64,000 nt of DNA from Podarcis gaigeae (GCA_964106915.2 OZ066919.1), one strand, 5' to 3'; shown: positions 27,109 to 41,745, numbered from the stretch's first letter. The notes: a model not told the origin generated them from the letters alone. Numbers and translations are program-made.

Positions 27109-28347
27109 TTTAAAGCGGCCATAACTTGACCACTAGGGAAAAGGACAGGACAGAAGTCCAAAAGAGGGATAGCTTTGGATATAGCAGTATACAAATATAT
27201 CTGCCTACCGACCTTAGAGTACAGTTGCAAGCAAGTACTCTCGTATACCTGCACTCTAAAACTGTAAGAAAACATAAAAGCACAAGGCTGTGTGCTGTTG
27301 GCATAATAGTTAAAGACATCACATGCTGCTTGAAAATTTCACAGCGGTTGTATTCCCTCAAGCACTTTCCTATCTGGTGTTTTGAGAATGCGATTACAGC
27401 ATAGCATAAGCTATTATAGCTGAAATTTGTTGTATTGTAAATAATTACATAGTAGGAAAAATTCGTCCTCTGGCAGGTGAATTGACTAGGTGTCAGCTAA
27501 TAATTGTTTTCCAGACTCTAGTGACTAAGATTATATAATTCTTGAAGAAGCTGGAGTGAATATTCTTTCAAGTCTCTCATTTTGCACTTGAATAGGTTAA
27601 CTATCTGTCTCCATCTACGGATGATGTGGCGAGCAAACCCCTAGAATCAGAGCTTACAGTGATTTGTTACATCAGCGCAGGCACAGCTTATGTTAACCAG
27701 AAATGAAGGGACCTTTTCCCTCAGCTGAGTGGCAACTAAATAAAGGAGGGAGAGAAGCTCCAGACATGAATGACAAACAAAATACAGGGCTTTTATAGAT
27801 AGTGAGCTAGGATATTCTATTCCTTCTGTTGCTAGATAGAGCTGCACAACCTAAGCAGGGCTGTCAGCCAACTGCAGCACCCACCCTGCCTGTTTTTGGC
27901 CCTCCAGCAGAGAAGTCCAGGAAGATACCTGCATTATATTCTACATAGCTTTTCATTTCCCTAGAATCAAACTCTACAGCCAAGTCGACCGCAAAGCTTT
28001 ACCAGCCTGTTGCAACCAGATCACCATGTTCAATGGTTTCCTGCCTATAAGACCCCCTCAAGGCAGATTTACATGTTGAAAAGCATACCTCTAAAAATGT
28101 AATGAGCAAATGAGCCAAATACTTGTTTGTAAATGCATGTATCATATCACTAAACACAGCAGAGAGCTAGTATTGGCTCCAACTCCCTATCACAAACACC
28201 TAGTTGCTAACCCAGGTTTGCTGCCAAATAATATATGGAAAGGCACTTAATGTGTGAACCGCTGAGAAAATGAGTGCCTTAGGTATTCTTGCTGAGTTTA
28301 GCAAGGCAGAAGAAGAGATAAGGGTGGGGGCAGAAACAGAGCGTATA

Positions 28348-28443
28348 AAGGGACAGTCTGCAATCCTACACTCCCTTGCCTAGGAGTAAGCCCTATTGAA
28401 CTCTGTGGGATTTACTTCTGAGTAGACATCTATAGGATTGTGC
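28348..28443. mobile_element. Short palindromic non-autonomous element
   Basis: Ends gcaatccta / taggattgt are inverted; inner agtaagccc / gggatttact pair. Confidence 0.6.
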
Positions 28444-28614
28444 TAGAAAGGGTGCAAAAAGAGGGTACTAGAGATAGTGGTGAAGTGAGACCAATAGCAG
28501 TGGAAACAGAGAAAGGGAAGTAACAGATCCGTGTGTCAGGAGACCTGTGGAAAGGAGAGAGAAACAAAAAGGGGCATAACCCTTGGAGGGAACAGGGACA
28601 CCTGCTGCTGTGCA

Positions 28615-28657
28615 GTGAAAAGAGAGAGTGAAAAGAGAGAGTGAAAAGAGAGAGTGA
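28615..28657. repeat. Tandem repeat of GTGAAAAGAGAGA, about 3 copies
   Basis: gtgaaaagagagagtgaaaagagagagtgaaaagagagagtga. Confidence 0.9.
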
Positions 28658-29810
28658 GCAAGCAAGCATATGCTGTGGGGTGTGGAGAGGAAAAATGGCT
28701 AACTGAGATGGGGAACAGAGAAAACTCTGGGTTAAGTAAAAGAGAGGACAGTAATGACAGAAAGGGCTGCAGACCACCACAGAGAGGGGAACGGAAAACA
28801 GGCAGGGCTATCAGTGACAACGATGCAAAGAGGCGAATGTGTGCACTATAGTCTATATAGAGAAAAAGTGGGTTAACAAAAGCAGGGCTCATATAACTCA
28901 CCCTTTGCACATTCACAGGGAGCACGATTGGGCTGGTGGCCCTGCTGCTGGCTCACACCACATGTTTTACCCATGCGTAAAGTAGTCCTATGCATGCATC
29001 AGCCTGTGCGCACAGAGTGCCTCCACTTACGCTGAGATCCTGGGTCAATCAGGATCGTCCCTCATGCATGCAGATGCTTTATGTTTATAGGACCACTTTA
29101 CATAATGGCCAAACATGTGGCTGCTGGTCACAGCCGAGCTCCCCACATCAGTGCATGAGGGTGGAATATATGAACATCTTAAAGAGAATACCAATAGGTT
29201 AGGATTACAATAACAAGTTTTTGCTACACTGGACGTCCAATGCAATCCTCTTGCACTGCTAAAATGTAACAGTGGTTCTTAGTGTGCTTTGAGTTGTGCA
29301 TCCATGGGAAACCATCCACCCACAAGGGCTACCTAACTAAGCAAGAAGAACTGGAATGGCAATACATTGAGGAGAACTGGACCACCGAAACCATAGGAAC
29401 TCCACATGCATCTAATTCAATATTTTAGCACAAACTCACAAAATGGAGGAAAATGGACGAGAACAAATAAGGTACCAGATTGTGTGCAAGTTTGACATCT
29501 TTCCTCTGTGATGATATGCCAACTTCCAGAGCAACTGCACAATTTCTCGCCATAATGTGGGACATCAGCCATGGGCACCACAGCTGCTTTGTTTCTTTCA
29601 GGGATTAGATGCATTTAAAAGCACACCAAAGAAAAGCAAAAAACAACATCTACGTAAATGTGCCAAGCACTAAGCACCTATCATGTTTATCATACTTAAG
29701 TAGGCACTCAGTCTCTTCCTAGTAGTTTTGTCCTTAGATTCAAGCCCAGATCTTGGTATCATTTGTTTATATGCTTGTTGGGGTGTGTGTCACATTTGTA
29801 CATGTATGTT

Positions 29811-29840
<30 letters not shown>

Positions 29841-29841
<1 letters not shown>

Positions 29842-29938
29842 TTGCTTTCGTAGATTTTCACGGGTACAGGAATGCAGGTTTTGGTGTCCTCGGGTGTCTT
29901 TTACACGGGAAGACACCCGAGGACACCAAAACCTGCAT
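29841..29938. mobile_element. Truncated Penelope-like element end with perfect 29-bp inverted repeat, inside a (TA)n tract
   Basis: Arms 29872-29900 and 29910-29938 are exact reverse complements with a 9-nt loop; (TA)n on both sides; family assignment is from recalled resemblance only. Confidence 0.65.
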
Positions 29939-31514
29939 ATATATATATATATATAGGGAAAGGTAGCCAACAAGCTGCACAAAGGACCTTCCTTCTGTTT
30001 CTTCTTCCTTGTTCAGGCAGTACGAGAAAAGAAGAGGCAGCAACAAAAAAGAGTTTTGACTTCTTTCCCCTTTGCCTGAGGCTTTAAGATTTGTTTCCTG
30101 AAACCAGCCTGTTTGCCAGTTTTGCAGACATGCCAAGGCCTCGCAAATTAAGCAGATGAAGGATGACAAAAAAAGCATTGCTTTCAAGTATTTAGGACAG
30201 GGTCTTTTCAGTACCAGCACCCCAGTTATGGAATAGCCATCCTGGACAGGTGCACCCGATGCCATCTTTATGGGCTTTTCGGTGCCAGCTGAATATCTTT
30301 CCAGGTCTTTAAAACTTCATTGTTTTGGTCTCTCAGTTTTAAATTTGAGGTTTAAAATTGTTTTTAACGGTTTCAATTTTTGAAAATAATTTAATTTGTT
30401 TTATGTTGTACTTGAATATTGTATCCCCCCCCCTTTATGAGCCACCTAGAAAATGCCTGTTATGGGGCGGCTACATAAATATAGTAAGTAAGCAAGCAGA
30501 TAAATAATTTTTCTCTGAGTTTGTTCCCCAGAAGCTAGGGTATAGGCTGCTATGTAGTCAGGAACAGTCACAGGCAACAATGGACAAAGCCATCATACTT
30601 TAGCCTGGCATAGTCTCCCTTGGGAGGGAACACAACAGAAATGGAGGAAGAGGCATTTTCTTGCCCTGCTCCCTGGTATCTCTTCACTGAAGATTCCATA
30701 AACTTGGGACTTCTTCACTGAAAAGCACATGCACTGCCACATACAGCTACCCTTCCCCAAGGATGTTAATAGGTGACTTAGTACTTTCAGCATTTCTCTA
30801 TGAATTGATCCAAATAAGTTCACTCACTTCCTACATGGTTGGTGCCATAACCCCCTTTTCACTCACAGAAAATAACTTGCTAGTCTCAGACTTGTGTTTG
30901 CTTAATGGGCAGCAAGCTCTGCTTGGCTGTTATCAAGAGTTTGACGGTTACACAATGACTCTGGCTTCCCGTCTGAGGGAGTGATTGTATCAGGGCTTGC
31001 ATGTGACACTGGCAGAATTATGTCATGTCTGGAAGACAGAATCTTATCAGGCCTCCAGCTGAAAGGCAGAGATGCCCAGCTGCAGGAACACAACACACAC
31101 CGCTCTACTCTGGAGATAGTCCTTCTATCCTTTCTCTCACCCTCCCTCACTTTTGTATCTCTTCTGGAATTACTTCTTCTGCTTTCAAGATCTCACTGAA
31201 CACATGAGCAAGGAATGGATCAGTGTATTCAGAGAGAGTGGACAGTAACAGGCCAAGCTTTGAATCAGGACAAACGTCAGGACCACCTTCACATGATGAA
31301 AGCACACACAGGCACAGACACATTTTAAGGATGTACGCTTTTGCTAAAATTGAATTCTTCAGGAAAAAAATACAAGCAAAGGGACTTGGCCTTGATTCCA
31401 AGAGTAAGCATCGGCACCTGCATATACAGAGCCTGTGCCTCCAGTACACAGTAGGGGAGGTATGCTCATTCTCTGGTTTAGAAATATTCAAAGAAGTAGC
31501 TCCTTTATACAAGT

Positions 31515-31685
31515 GAGGCTATTGGTCTAGCTTGATCAGTATGGACTTCACTAGCTGGCAGTGGTTTCTGAAAGGCTCTCTGAAAGGTTTCTGAAAGGCT
31601 CTCTCATCCCTACCTCAAAAATATTGAATCTGAGACTTTCTCTATGCAAAACATGTGCTCTACCACTAAGCTATGATCCTTCCCC
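31515..31685 (-). mobile_element. Old tRNA-derived SINE (Squam3-like)
   Basis: Minus-strand head ggggaaggatcatagcttagtggtagagcacatgttttgcat with an A-box-like motif; short internal tandem duplication at about 31563-31603. Confidence 0.7.
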
Positions 31686-32817
31686 ATTGTTTCCCACACA
31701 ATGCCTTTACAGTGATGGACTGACAACTGCCTAGAGAGTTATACATTATGGTGAAAAGGAGAGAGACCGAGACAGACAAATCAAGATTATTATAGCAGTA
31801 ATCAAGACCTCAGTTAGGATCATGGGCCTACTGCATGATTACATATATGTGAATGTAACAGAGGAAACCGGCCCCTTCTTGTTGTGCCATTTTACAGATG
31901 GGAAAACAGAAACACCAACTGACAGCTAACATCCTATAGGGAATCTGAACCAGACAGGAGACTGGGTGGCACTTCTGTTAGCCCCTTTTCATGTGCAAGA
32001 TTGTTTTCTGTTACAAAGATTAAGTTGCCTCCTCATGTTCTTCTTCCCCAAGGTTGAAAGTTGAGTATTAGCAGCTCACACACAATCTTCCCTATCAGGA
32101 GACCATCTGCATCCCAATGCTCTGAAAAGCCAGCCTGAATCGTCGCTAGCTTGGCTAAGGCATCATCTATTTGCCACATGCAGTGAGATACCAGCCCCCG
32201 GGTTATCATTAACCTTATTTTCTATTTCTAGAATCTCTAACTCCCCTTCTGCTTTTCCTGTAGACAAGCCACGTGCATGCCAGCACAGACCTATTTCTGC
32301 AGCCTTATAACGGAACAGATTGGTCACATGCTGTTGTCACCCACCCACACATCACTGCCTCCACCTCAGAGGGCTGAAACAGATTCTTCTAAGAGAAGGA
32401 ATATAGTTCCCTGGCTTGTTTTACCACCCAGGCAGTTTGACACATTTTAAGCTAAATTCTCAATTTGTCAATTGTGCCGAGTACCCACAGCTCTCTCACC
32501 AGAGCGAGCTACAACCGCAGGGCCTAGGAAGAAAGCAATGGAGATGAAGGGACGTTAGATATTCCTCGCTACTAGTACTCCCTGCTTTCAGAAGGTTTGC
32601 ATCCATTGGTCCCAGCTCCTTTCCCTGACAGTCTCACAGTCACATCACAATTACTGAAAGCAGCACAAAAAAGGATGGGTGTGTGTGAAGGAGATAAGAA
32701 TGCCTCATTCAGCTACTTCCCCCCGCCCTTCAAGTCATATCCAAGGAAGTGACCTGCCCACCTTGCCAGTGGGAAGTTCCCAAAGATATGGGGAACTTAT
32801 ACATCTCACTACAGGTA

Positions 32818-33043
32818 CAGTGGTACCTTGGGTTACATACGCTTCAGGTTACAGACTCCGTTAACCCAGAAATAGTGCTTCAGGTTAAGAACTTTGCTTC
32901 AGGATGAGAACAGAAATCGTGCTCCAGCGGCACAGCAGCAGCAGGAGGCCCCATTAGCTAAAGTGGTGCTTCAGGTTAAGAACAGTTTCAGGTTAAGTAC
33001 GGATCTCCGGAACGAATTAAGTATTTAACCCGAGGTACCACTG
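32818..33043. mobile_element. Tc1/mariner (Tigger/pogo-like) MITE
   Basis: TA|cagtggtaccttgggtt ... aacccgaggtaccactg; internal repeats of gcttcaggtta. Confidence 0.88.
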
Positions 33044-33654
33044 CATAGGAGAAATAAGTCAAAAGGAGGGAAAGTAGAACGTGCAAGCCACTCACACTTT
33101 GTTTTAGCCACCTCTTTCGTCTGAATCCATCCTTAGGTACATAGAGTGTATTACAAAAGGCAGTGTATATTTCTTTGTAGATGCTGCCTTTACCATAGTA
33201 TCCAAGCACCAAACGTTCTGTATAATGCTAAGTGGAGTGGAAAACTGAAACATGAGTCTGCAGCCTGGTGTCATAAACTAATGAATAATCCTTTCTCTTG
33301 AATTCTAAAAAGAAGTATGAACATGCAGAATATCTATTCTGAAGTGGCCTTGTTGTACCACTCCAGAACAGAATCTTTAGCAGAATGTTGACACAGTAAA
33401 TGCCTTAATTCATTAACTTCTTCATGTTTCCCAGTGTCATGTCCATAACCAGGATGTAGCCAGGATACAGATCAAACATGGACACATGTAGTTGCTTAAT
33501 AAGAGCTCCCTGCTCCCACTTATTTAAGAACCTCTTCCACCAAAAACATTTGGGACATGAAATTATTTAGCAGGTCCTCCAAGTTGAGACCCAGTTCCAT
33601 ATTAAGAAGTGTGTTGGCACTAAAGCTGCATTAAAATCCCAGTCTAAGCTTTAC

Positions 33655-33756
33655 CTTCCAGGTAGCTGTGTTTCTCCTGAAGTAGGCAAACATCCGTGTG
33701 AACCAATTGTAGATTTCATTCAATGTTAGCTGCCTGTCGGGTGTCTCAAGGATAGC
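33655..33756 (-). CDS. FOXP4: FOXP4 coding exon, forkhead domain, 102 nt
   Basis: atgcag|GCTATC...TGGAAG|gtaaag; encodes [34 protein letters not shown] (ETPDRQ and NTATWK match FOXP4 rather than FOXP1/2). Confidence 0.97.
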
Positions 33757-34560
33757 CTGCATTGAAAGGTGAGAAAAAGTTACTCACAGACATCAGTTCC
33801 ATAAGTTCTTACCACCAGCCCTAGGCAAACCATTATGAGGACATATGAGAAGATGCTGCTCTGCTTTTCAACTACACATTTCAAAGATCTGAATTTAGGA
33901 CATCCATGATTCTCACTTGAGGATTACAACATCAAATGGGGACCAACATGCATGAAACAGCCACCACAGATCCAACACTAAAAATAGCTATATAGCTGTA
34001 CAAGGTTACTCCGAAACAATGCATTTTTAGTGAAGACAGTTCATTAATTGAGACTCAAGTAACTGAGTCATAAGGCTTTGAGAGTGATATGTATGAATGT
34101 GTGAATCAGCCCAAACATAGCCTTTAGTAAAGATACGGCAGAAGCCAGATATGTTGCAAAATAATTACCTACCCAAGATTATAGACCCTCCCCCAAAAGC
34201 CAGGAATGAAATATATTATGGACTGAATAGCTAGTCCTCAAATATAAAAAGGAGGTGCAGAAGCATTACTCTCATAATTCAAATGCTCTACCTCTTAGGC
34301 TAAATGCACTGAAGCAAGCTTAGCAGCAGAGGAACAGAAAACCTCAGGCCTGGATGTAAAGGGTGCCCTTGTGACTCTCCCAAGCCAGACCCCTCCGCCG
34401 GCCACAGTTCTCACTAGCCTTGCTTCACATCCACCTTGAGTATTTTTGCCTGGTGGGAATGTGTCTTTGAACTCTGATAATATTTTGCTTGTCTAGAAGA
34501 CATCTGAAGGCAGTCCTGTATCAGGAGCTTTTAAATGCATGTTTTTATTATGTTTTTAGA

Positions 34561-34595
<35 letters not shown>
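34561..34595. repeat. (TAT)n microsatellite
   Basis: About 11 units. Confidence 0.95.
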
Positions 34596-34596
<1 letters not shown>

Positions 34597-37498
34597 CTGG
34601 CTGGAGATAGAGAAGTGTAGAAACTAGCCTGTTGTTCAAATGTAAAATTCACATTCACTGCTTTGCCCACTGTTGCCTCAGGCCCTTCCAACCACTGGCC
34701 ATCACAGACCTTGAAAGTTGCCCAGAAGGAAATTCAGCTCTCAAGCTGAAAATGGTTCCCCACCCCTGCTGTGCATGCTCAAAGATCTACTTAAGTCAAG
34801 TCTTCAGGTGCAGAGAAGCATAGTCAGGGTAATAACTGGCTCTAAGGCCTTAAAGAGATTTCTGAAACAGATTCTGGGACCTGATATGCAAGATTCTATG
34901 AAAATTGTTTCTTTTTCTACTTAGGTGAATGACCAGCTGCATAAAGCTTGGTCATTTTTAGATATGACATATCTCTGCAGATCAGTATTACTGCCTAAAG
35001 AATATGTTAAAATAGTCTTGAGATATTTTCATTTAGCAGGACATACCCTTATGCAAATGCAGTGACACCCTATTTCACATGTAGTACACCTGACTGATTA
35101 GAAGCTCTAGTAAGTACTAGCCCAGACAAACCATTGATTTCGACTACTCTACCCATCTCACAGTTAATTGGAAAGAAGTGCTCCAGGTTACAATGGATGG
35201 AAAGTAAAATCAGTGCTAAAGTATCGCTTTCAAAATGCATAAAAGTTGAATTAATTTAGTGAGTGAGTGAAGTACAGTAACCATTGCTGCAAACCAGGAA
35301 TTGCACCAGATCAAATTTGGGCAAATTAGCTAGAATGCACTCAAAACATTCCTTACCGAACTAGACTTGAACATTGGAATCCTGATCCCAGTTTTGTAGA
35401 GCAAGATCAACAATTTCTGCCTGAAACTGGTCCACTCCAGCCCCTTTTCATTCTTATCTGAACTGAAAGCAGATAACTGGTTGGGCCTGCTGTTTGCTAA
35501 CTTTACTCAGAGAATAATTCAGGCACCATTTGCATCCACATGAAGGGCGGGTGTGCCATACTTGGTAACCATTAGTGAATAAAAAAAGAGAGCATAATGG
35601 AGGTACATAGACTAGATCTTGACATGATCCAATGAAGTTCATAAGTGGTAGATTACAAGGCAACACCTTAACCAGTTTAAGGGCTTAAAAAAACCCTTAA
35701 AATGAACTTTCCAAAGATCAGACAAATTCACGGGTGGGATACCAATGGGTATTCGCCATGGTACAGCCAAAAACTTGGAAGTTAAGGAATAAGTATGTAC
35801 AAAGCCTAAAAAATTATTTATTACAAAAAGAATAATATAACCTGAGCATGCCAAATACTATGTGTGTTGAATATTAAAAAGCAAAACTCAAATGTAGAGG
35901 TAGTGAACTTCTGATTACTAGATGGTGAAAGCAAAAAACAGCAGATAATGCTCTATCATGTCCCATTTTGTGAGTATTCCAGGAGCACCTGTCTGATCCC
36001 AGCCATTTGGTCTGATCCAGCGTTCTTAAACAAAACACTGCATGCAGAAGGGTGTGTGATGCTGTAGGAGGGAGGGAGGTAAGGTAAGCATAAAGGCTCT
36101 CATTCCCACACTTTGGCCTGGCTAATGGAAGTGATATTGTGTCTGAAAACACCAACTACTGCTTGCTCTTGGAAGAGTTTCCTAGATCTCAGCTACTCCA
36201 GGGAGGTTAACCTCAAAGAGCTGAATCAAAAGGAATGCATTCCAGGAGCCAGGGCTTTAAAAGACCAGTGCCAGCAAGCAGATCTTAGCATCTCTTCTAA
36301 AGTATATTTTTACATGGACAATGAAGGCATATTTTTAGCCAAAGGAGAATAAGGGTGTAGGTGAGATCCACAGAACAATATCGTAGCCTGCACGCTAACT
36401 TACAGAGCCTACTTCAATTAACTGGAAGGCGGGGAATGCCCACACAATACAGCACCACTAGGGAGCAATAGAAGCCATCCTCCCCAGGGAATTTATTCTT
36501 TGTCAAAGATATGTTGTTGGCAGCTCTGGAAACAGAAGGTTGCAGTTCATCCAAGAAACTGACACAGTAAAGTCCCACCTGCTGTGCCTGAAAGCTAAGG
36601 CTGAAAAGAGCTTTCCGTTGTTATGGACCACTAAGGCTGATCCTGACAAACTCTACTGCTAATACTCTGACACAACAGGAAACATTAGTAGTTATGTTAT
36701 ACCCTGGAAGCCAGAAACACTGTAAAGCCCACCGTGAACATTGCTCCTACATGCATGAGGCAGGGTGCAAATAATTCAAATATCAAGTGTGGCAGCCAAA
36801 CACCCATGAAATAGCACTGATACATGCAGATTCTATTTTTCTCCTCACAAAGGCTAATATTCAGGAAATGGTATTGGTCAAAAAAAATCCCAACCATCTC
36901 ATTTAAAATGGAGATCTGAGTTATTAACCACAAGGTGATTCTGTAGTAATGACTTCAAAAATACCTTGTTGAGCAAGTTTATAAAATCCCTGAAAACAGT
37001 GGGGTGGCAAAATCTTATTGTTTCAAGTTGAAGCCATCACTGCCATTTCTGTTGCTGAAAACTCCCCATCCTCACTCCATTTATAGCTAATGTATCTTTC
37101 ACCCAGGGGACCAGAAAAGCACCAACTAAGAGACTCTGTAATAGAACTAAGCTGCTTTGAACTCTTGAGGAAATAATGATCATGTAAAGGACAAAGAGGC
37201 ACTGAGGTCACAAGATACAGCAGTGATGGCTGTAGATATAGCCTAAAGTCTTAGTCTCTAGGCCTTTGACTTCTACACAAAACAAACTACAGAGAGAATT
37301 ATGTGCCTATCCATTTACCTGCAGTGCTAGAATGTCTAGTGTTGGGTGAAAAAAACCACAATAGCTCAAGATCACAATGAATCCAGGTTTCCCAATTGCC
37401 AGATTTACACCCCAGCCACTGACTCAAATTCCATTTCCAAAGGCAGCATAAGAAGGCGATGTCTAGAATGTACCAATAGCAACCTGAGCCACTTGTCA

Positions 37499-37687
<189 letters not shown>

Positions 37688-37780
37688 TTATGAAGAAAAG
37701 TAGCACACAATTCAGTCTAAGAAACACACAATTCAACCCAAACATAAAGTTGCAGCTGCAGTTTCCCCAGCTGCTCTCAC

Positions 37781-37982
37781 CTGAGGAGATTGGCGTGCAG
37801 AACTTGTCTGAGTTCCTCCTGCGAATAGGCCCTACATTGTGTAAAGTGGATGAGCTGATGACAGAAGGGCCCTGCCGCAATGGAGTAATGGGTGCAGTAG
37901 CAGAGGTGGGGGGATGAGGTAATCCATCAGGGAAGGTATCAGAAGTGCTCTTGGAGAGGGTGGCGCTGGAAACCAGGTTCAG
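37781..37982 (-). CDS. FOXP4: FOXP4 coding exon (LNLV motif to pre-forkhead linker), 202 nt
   Basis: tttttgagcag|CTGAACCTG...TCCTCAG|gtgaga; encodes [67 protein letters not shown]; phase 0/1. Confidence 0.94.
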
Positions 37983-40265
37983 CTGCTCAAAAAGGATGAC
38001 AAACTATTATTAGAATCAACCCAAGAGACAGAGAGGTGTCTGGGTACGCAACAGTTTTCTATATGGACATAGCACATAGCTGCTCAACTTCTATCAATGA
38101 AGATATAGAGGTTGGGTGAAAGGCAGACGCACACCACCGAGGGTCTACTAATCAATTCAGCAGCAAAGATTGAAACAGCCACCTCAGATAAGCACTTGAG
38201 ACTCATCAACTACAATGGAAGGGCTCGATATGGATGAGAAATCAGATCATACTCTGCAAACGTGAATGAAACCTGAAACTCTTTACTAGCTACATCAAAG
38301 CCAGTTGTTAGAAACGTGAAAGAACCAGATGATCATCTAGTACAATATAAAGTATTCCTCCCTGCTCAGTTTTTTAAATAAAAAAACTAATCCATAATTT
38401 TTGTCTCTAGCCGTTTTTTCAAAGCAAATGGGAAGCCAAACTTTAGGAGGAACGGTTTTCAGTTACAGCTAGCACAATTTACCACCTGTACTGCAGACGG
38501 GGGCTGAAATTACAAGATAGTGGCTTGCATAAATCCAAACATGGTCCAAGTCTATGAATGTTTATTTAGAAGCAAGCAAGAATGCGCAGGTGGGGACTGT
38601 TAGTGAGCTCATGGCTTAGAAAAGATTTGAGCTAAGGGCTTCCTGGCTGAAAGTGTGCACTCTTAGCTACTATGCTACACCACTTCCAATGAGATTGTCT
38701 AAACTGCAGCTTAACTTGGGGGGGGGGAATTAATTATCTGCTCATTTCATGAAGGTGATCAGGTAGCTGTGGATTTCATTTTAAAAACATTGTGGCATTG
38801 CCACAAGTGTCTCATTAGCAAATTGGAGCAATGCTGTCCCAGGATACAGCACAATTCCCAGTAGTTCATCAGTACCATTATCTATAGTCATATTCTAACA
38901 CTGACAGATAAGCATTATCTTTTGAAGATCCATGTAAAATTTCATCTCTTGCCAAGAAAGAGGATTGCAATCATTTCATGAGTAAAAAAAAATCAGGTCA
39001 GCTTATACAACCATATATTGAAGCACTGCAGATGTCAGTGAGCTCTTGGGGTTCGGAATGTAATTCAGTGATATGCATGTACTTTCTCTCTCTTCCTTCC
39101 TCAAAACTGTAACCATGGCCACCTCCCTTCTCATGAACAGGAGGGACTTTCAGAAACCACAGAGGGGAAACACATATTTTTATCATTGATGCAAGTTCTT
39201 CCAAGAGGGTCTCACACACACAGATGTGAACTAGAACCTCAAGAGAGCATAGATGTCACCAGCTGCTTTTCCTGAGATAGATGTGGGTCTCAAACACCCT
39301 AGAATGGCCAATAAGGCAGCACATAAGGAAATAGGTCAGGAAGGAGCCAGCAACACACCCTGCAGGGTAGAGGACACTAGGGTATGTTTGTATCAGCTTT
39401 GATTTCAGAATCTGGTGTGCTGTTTCAGCACTTCCAAGCAGCACTTTTCAGCCTATGTCTATGCAGTTTGCAGGACTGACACAAGTAGTGTGGTCTTTCA
39501 ACACAGCTGGCTTTCTAAACTGTGCAATGTGAATGCAAGGATGGCCTGGGCACAGCCTGTCTTATCCCAATCCCCTTGCTTCACTCCTTGTGTACAATAG
39601 CAGCTTGGGCTATCTGGGCATGCTCTGTGAGCTGTTGCCTCTGGGAGGTTGTCTCAGTCTGGCTTGATGTTGTGAGAACGAGTGATTCTACCTGCCTGCA
39701 GAAAGGGCCAGCACAGGTACCTATGGTTGTTTGTATTTCTATAGCACCATCAGTATGCTTGCATGTTGTGAACCGCGCTGAGATCTTCAGATGAAGGGTG
39801 GTATATAAATGTAATAAATAATAAAGTAATAACATGCATGACAATTCGCAGAGTCCAAGCGGACAGGTTCCTCTCTCAGGGAGATTACTAAGCCTATACA
39901 GTTTGAGTTATGCCTCTGTGAAATGCCATGGAGAAATGCAAGTGTAAAAGAGGACTTGGAGAAACAGATAGGGGAAAAGTATTGTTATTATAAAGAAGGG
40001 ACAGCTACCTGGTGGTTCATGGGCAGTATCTGGCAGGCATTATGATATTACATGACCCTCTATGGCTGTGACTGTGGAAAGTTAAGCTCAAGTAAACAAT
40101 GTTTGGGTTGTAGTAAAAGGGAGGATTCCGCAAGGGTGGAAAACTGGTAATCATCAGTTTAGGAGTTTCAATGGAGCGTAGGTGTACCTTTGCTTCCTCA
40201 CAACATCATGCCATCTACTAGGAGCCTAGTGGCTCAAAGGAACTCGTAGGAAATAGTTCCCGTTA

Positions 40266-40523
<258 letters not shown>

Positions 40524-41698
40524 TCATTTGTTTTGAGGAAGCTTTTTCCCATTAGTGGTCAATTCACTTGGCCAACATATTTAGAAAGGTGGTCCAGTTA
40601 AGTGTTCCATCAATAATCATGCCCTTGAATGGTTCCCTCTACATCAGCAGGGATCACACACACCTCGTTTTGCTTGCTCCATTCAACATCAGTGTGAACA
40701 TGCCATTCTCTTCTTTTGACTAATACTTCCTACATGCAGTAATGTGACAGCACTGGGCTGTTCCCTTTAGCTCTTGCTGTGCTGTGCTGCCTTCATAGAG
40801 CACTCCTGGAAGAGAAAAGCTGCCAGCTTCCCTAATTCCCTAGTAACACTGAATACTCCTGAGAGCCATGAATCTGGTTGGAGTATCACATTTCCAAGCC
40901 TTTAAAGAGCTGCCTTTTCCTATTGGATATCAAGATCAGGATGTGTGGTGGTTTTTTGATACTCTGGTACATCCACTGTGCAGTAACATAGGAGTGCCAG
41001 TGACCTTGATGTAAAGGAATCAGATGTGGGTGAACAGAGGCAGAAGAAGCTGCTGAAAAATGGAACCTCACATTATGAAACCTCCCTCCATTCCATGCAC
41101 TGCGTTTTTACCCAGTTCTTGTCCTTTTCATCCACCATGGTATTAAATGGGCTGGCCTCTCTCCCTATCCCAGGCATTAGGATCCTCCTGCCCCATGTGA
41201 AGCTGCTAGATCACTTCTACCATCTTTCCTTTTGGCACTCTATCATATTAGTCACCTCCTCTCAACATCCTTTGCTTCTACGGTTTTCCCTCACCTCATC
41301 ACTTGCTCATGTTTCTAATCTTTTCCCTCTCTACACTACTTCCTCTCATCCATCTATCACTCCCACCATGCCTTTTTCAACCCACCCACTCACCTGCCCA
41401 TCCATCTCTCCAGATGTGCAACATTGCTTTAATTGCATGCTCCTGGGGTGTGTGTTTATTTCTCAGTGTGCGGAGAAGGGTGAAATATTCGCTGTGGCAC
41501 AGGGAGAGAGTTTGAGTGCTGCAGAAGCAATGGGATCTGACACCATCTCCCTTTGTGTCACCTTCCCTTTCTGAGTGCTCCCCTCAAACTTTGCCTCAGT
41601 TCCTCCTGACCTGATGGGCCCCTATGCAGAATCTAGGACATACCCAGAGAGGGCATTTCTCTCCTCTCCCACCAGGTTTTGAAAGCATCCCCAAAACT

Positions 41699-41710
41699 AA
41701 AAAAAAAAAA

Positions 41711-41745
<35 letters not shown>
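41699..41745. repeat. Poly-A followed by (AG)n
   Basis: A13 then about 16 AG units. Confidence 0.95.

Noticed and set aside
32830-33000. Spaced short direct repeats (gcttcaggtta) superficially like a CRISPR array
   Set aside because: Irregular internal repeats of a TIR-bounded MITE in vertebrate DNA
41026-41574. 182-aa plus-strand ORF
   Set aside because: Arises from pyrimidine-rich low-complexity intron sequence; no protein motif
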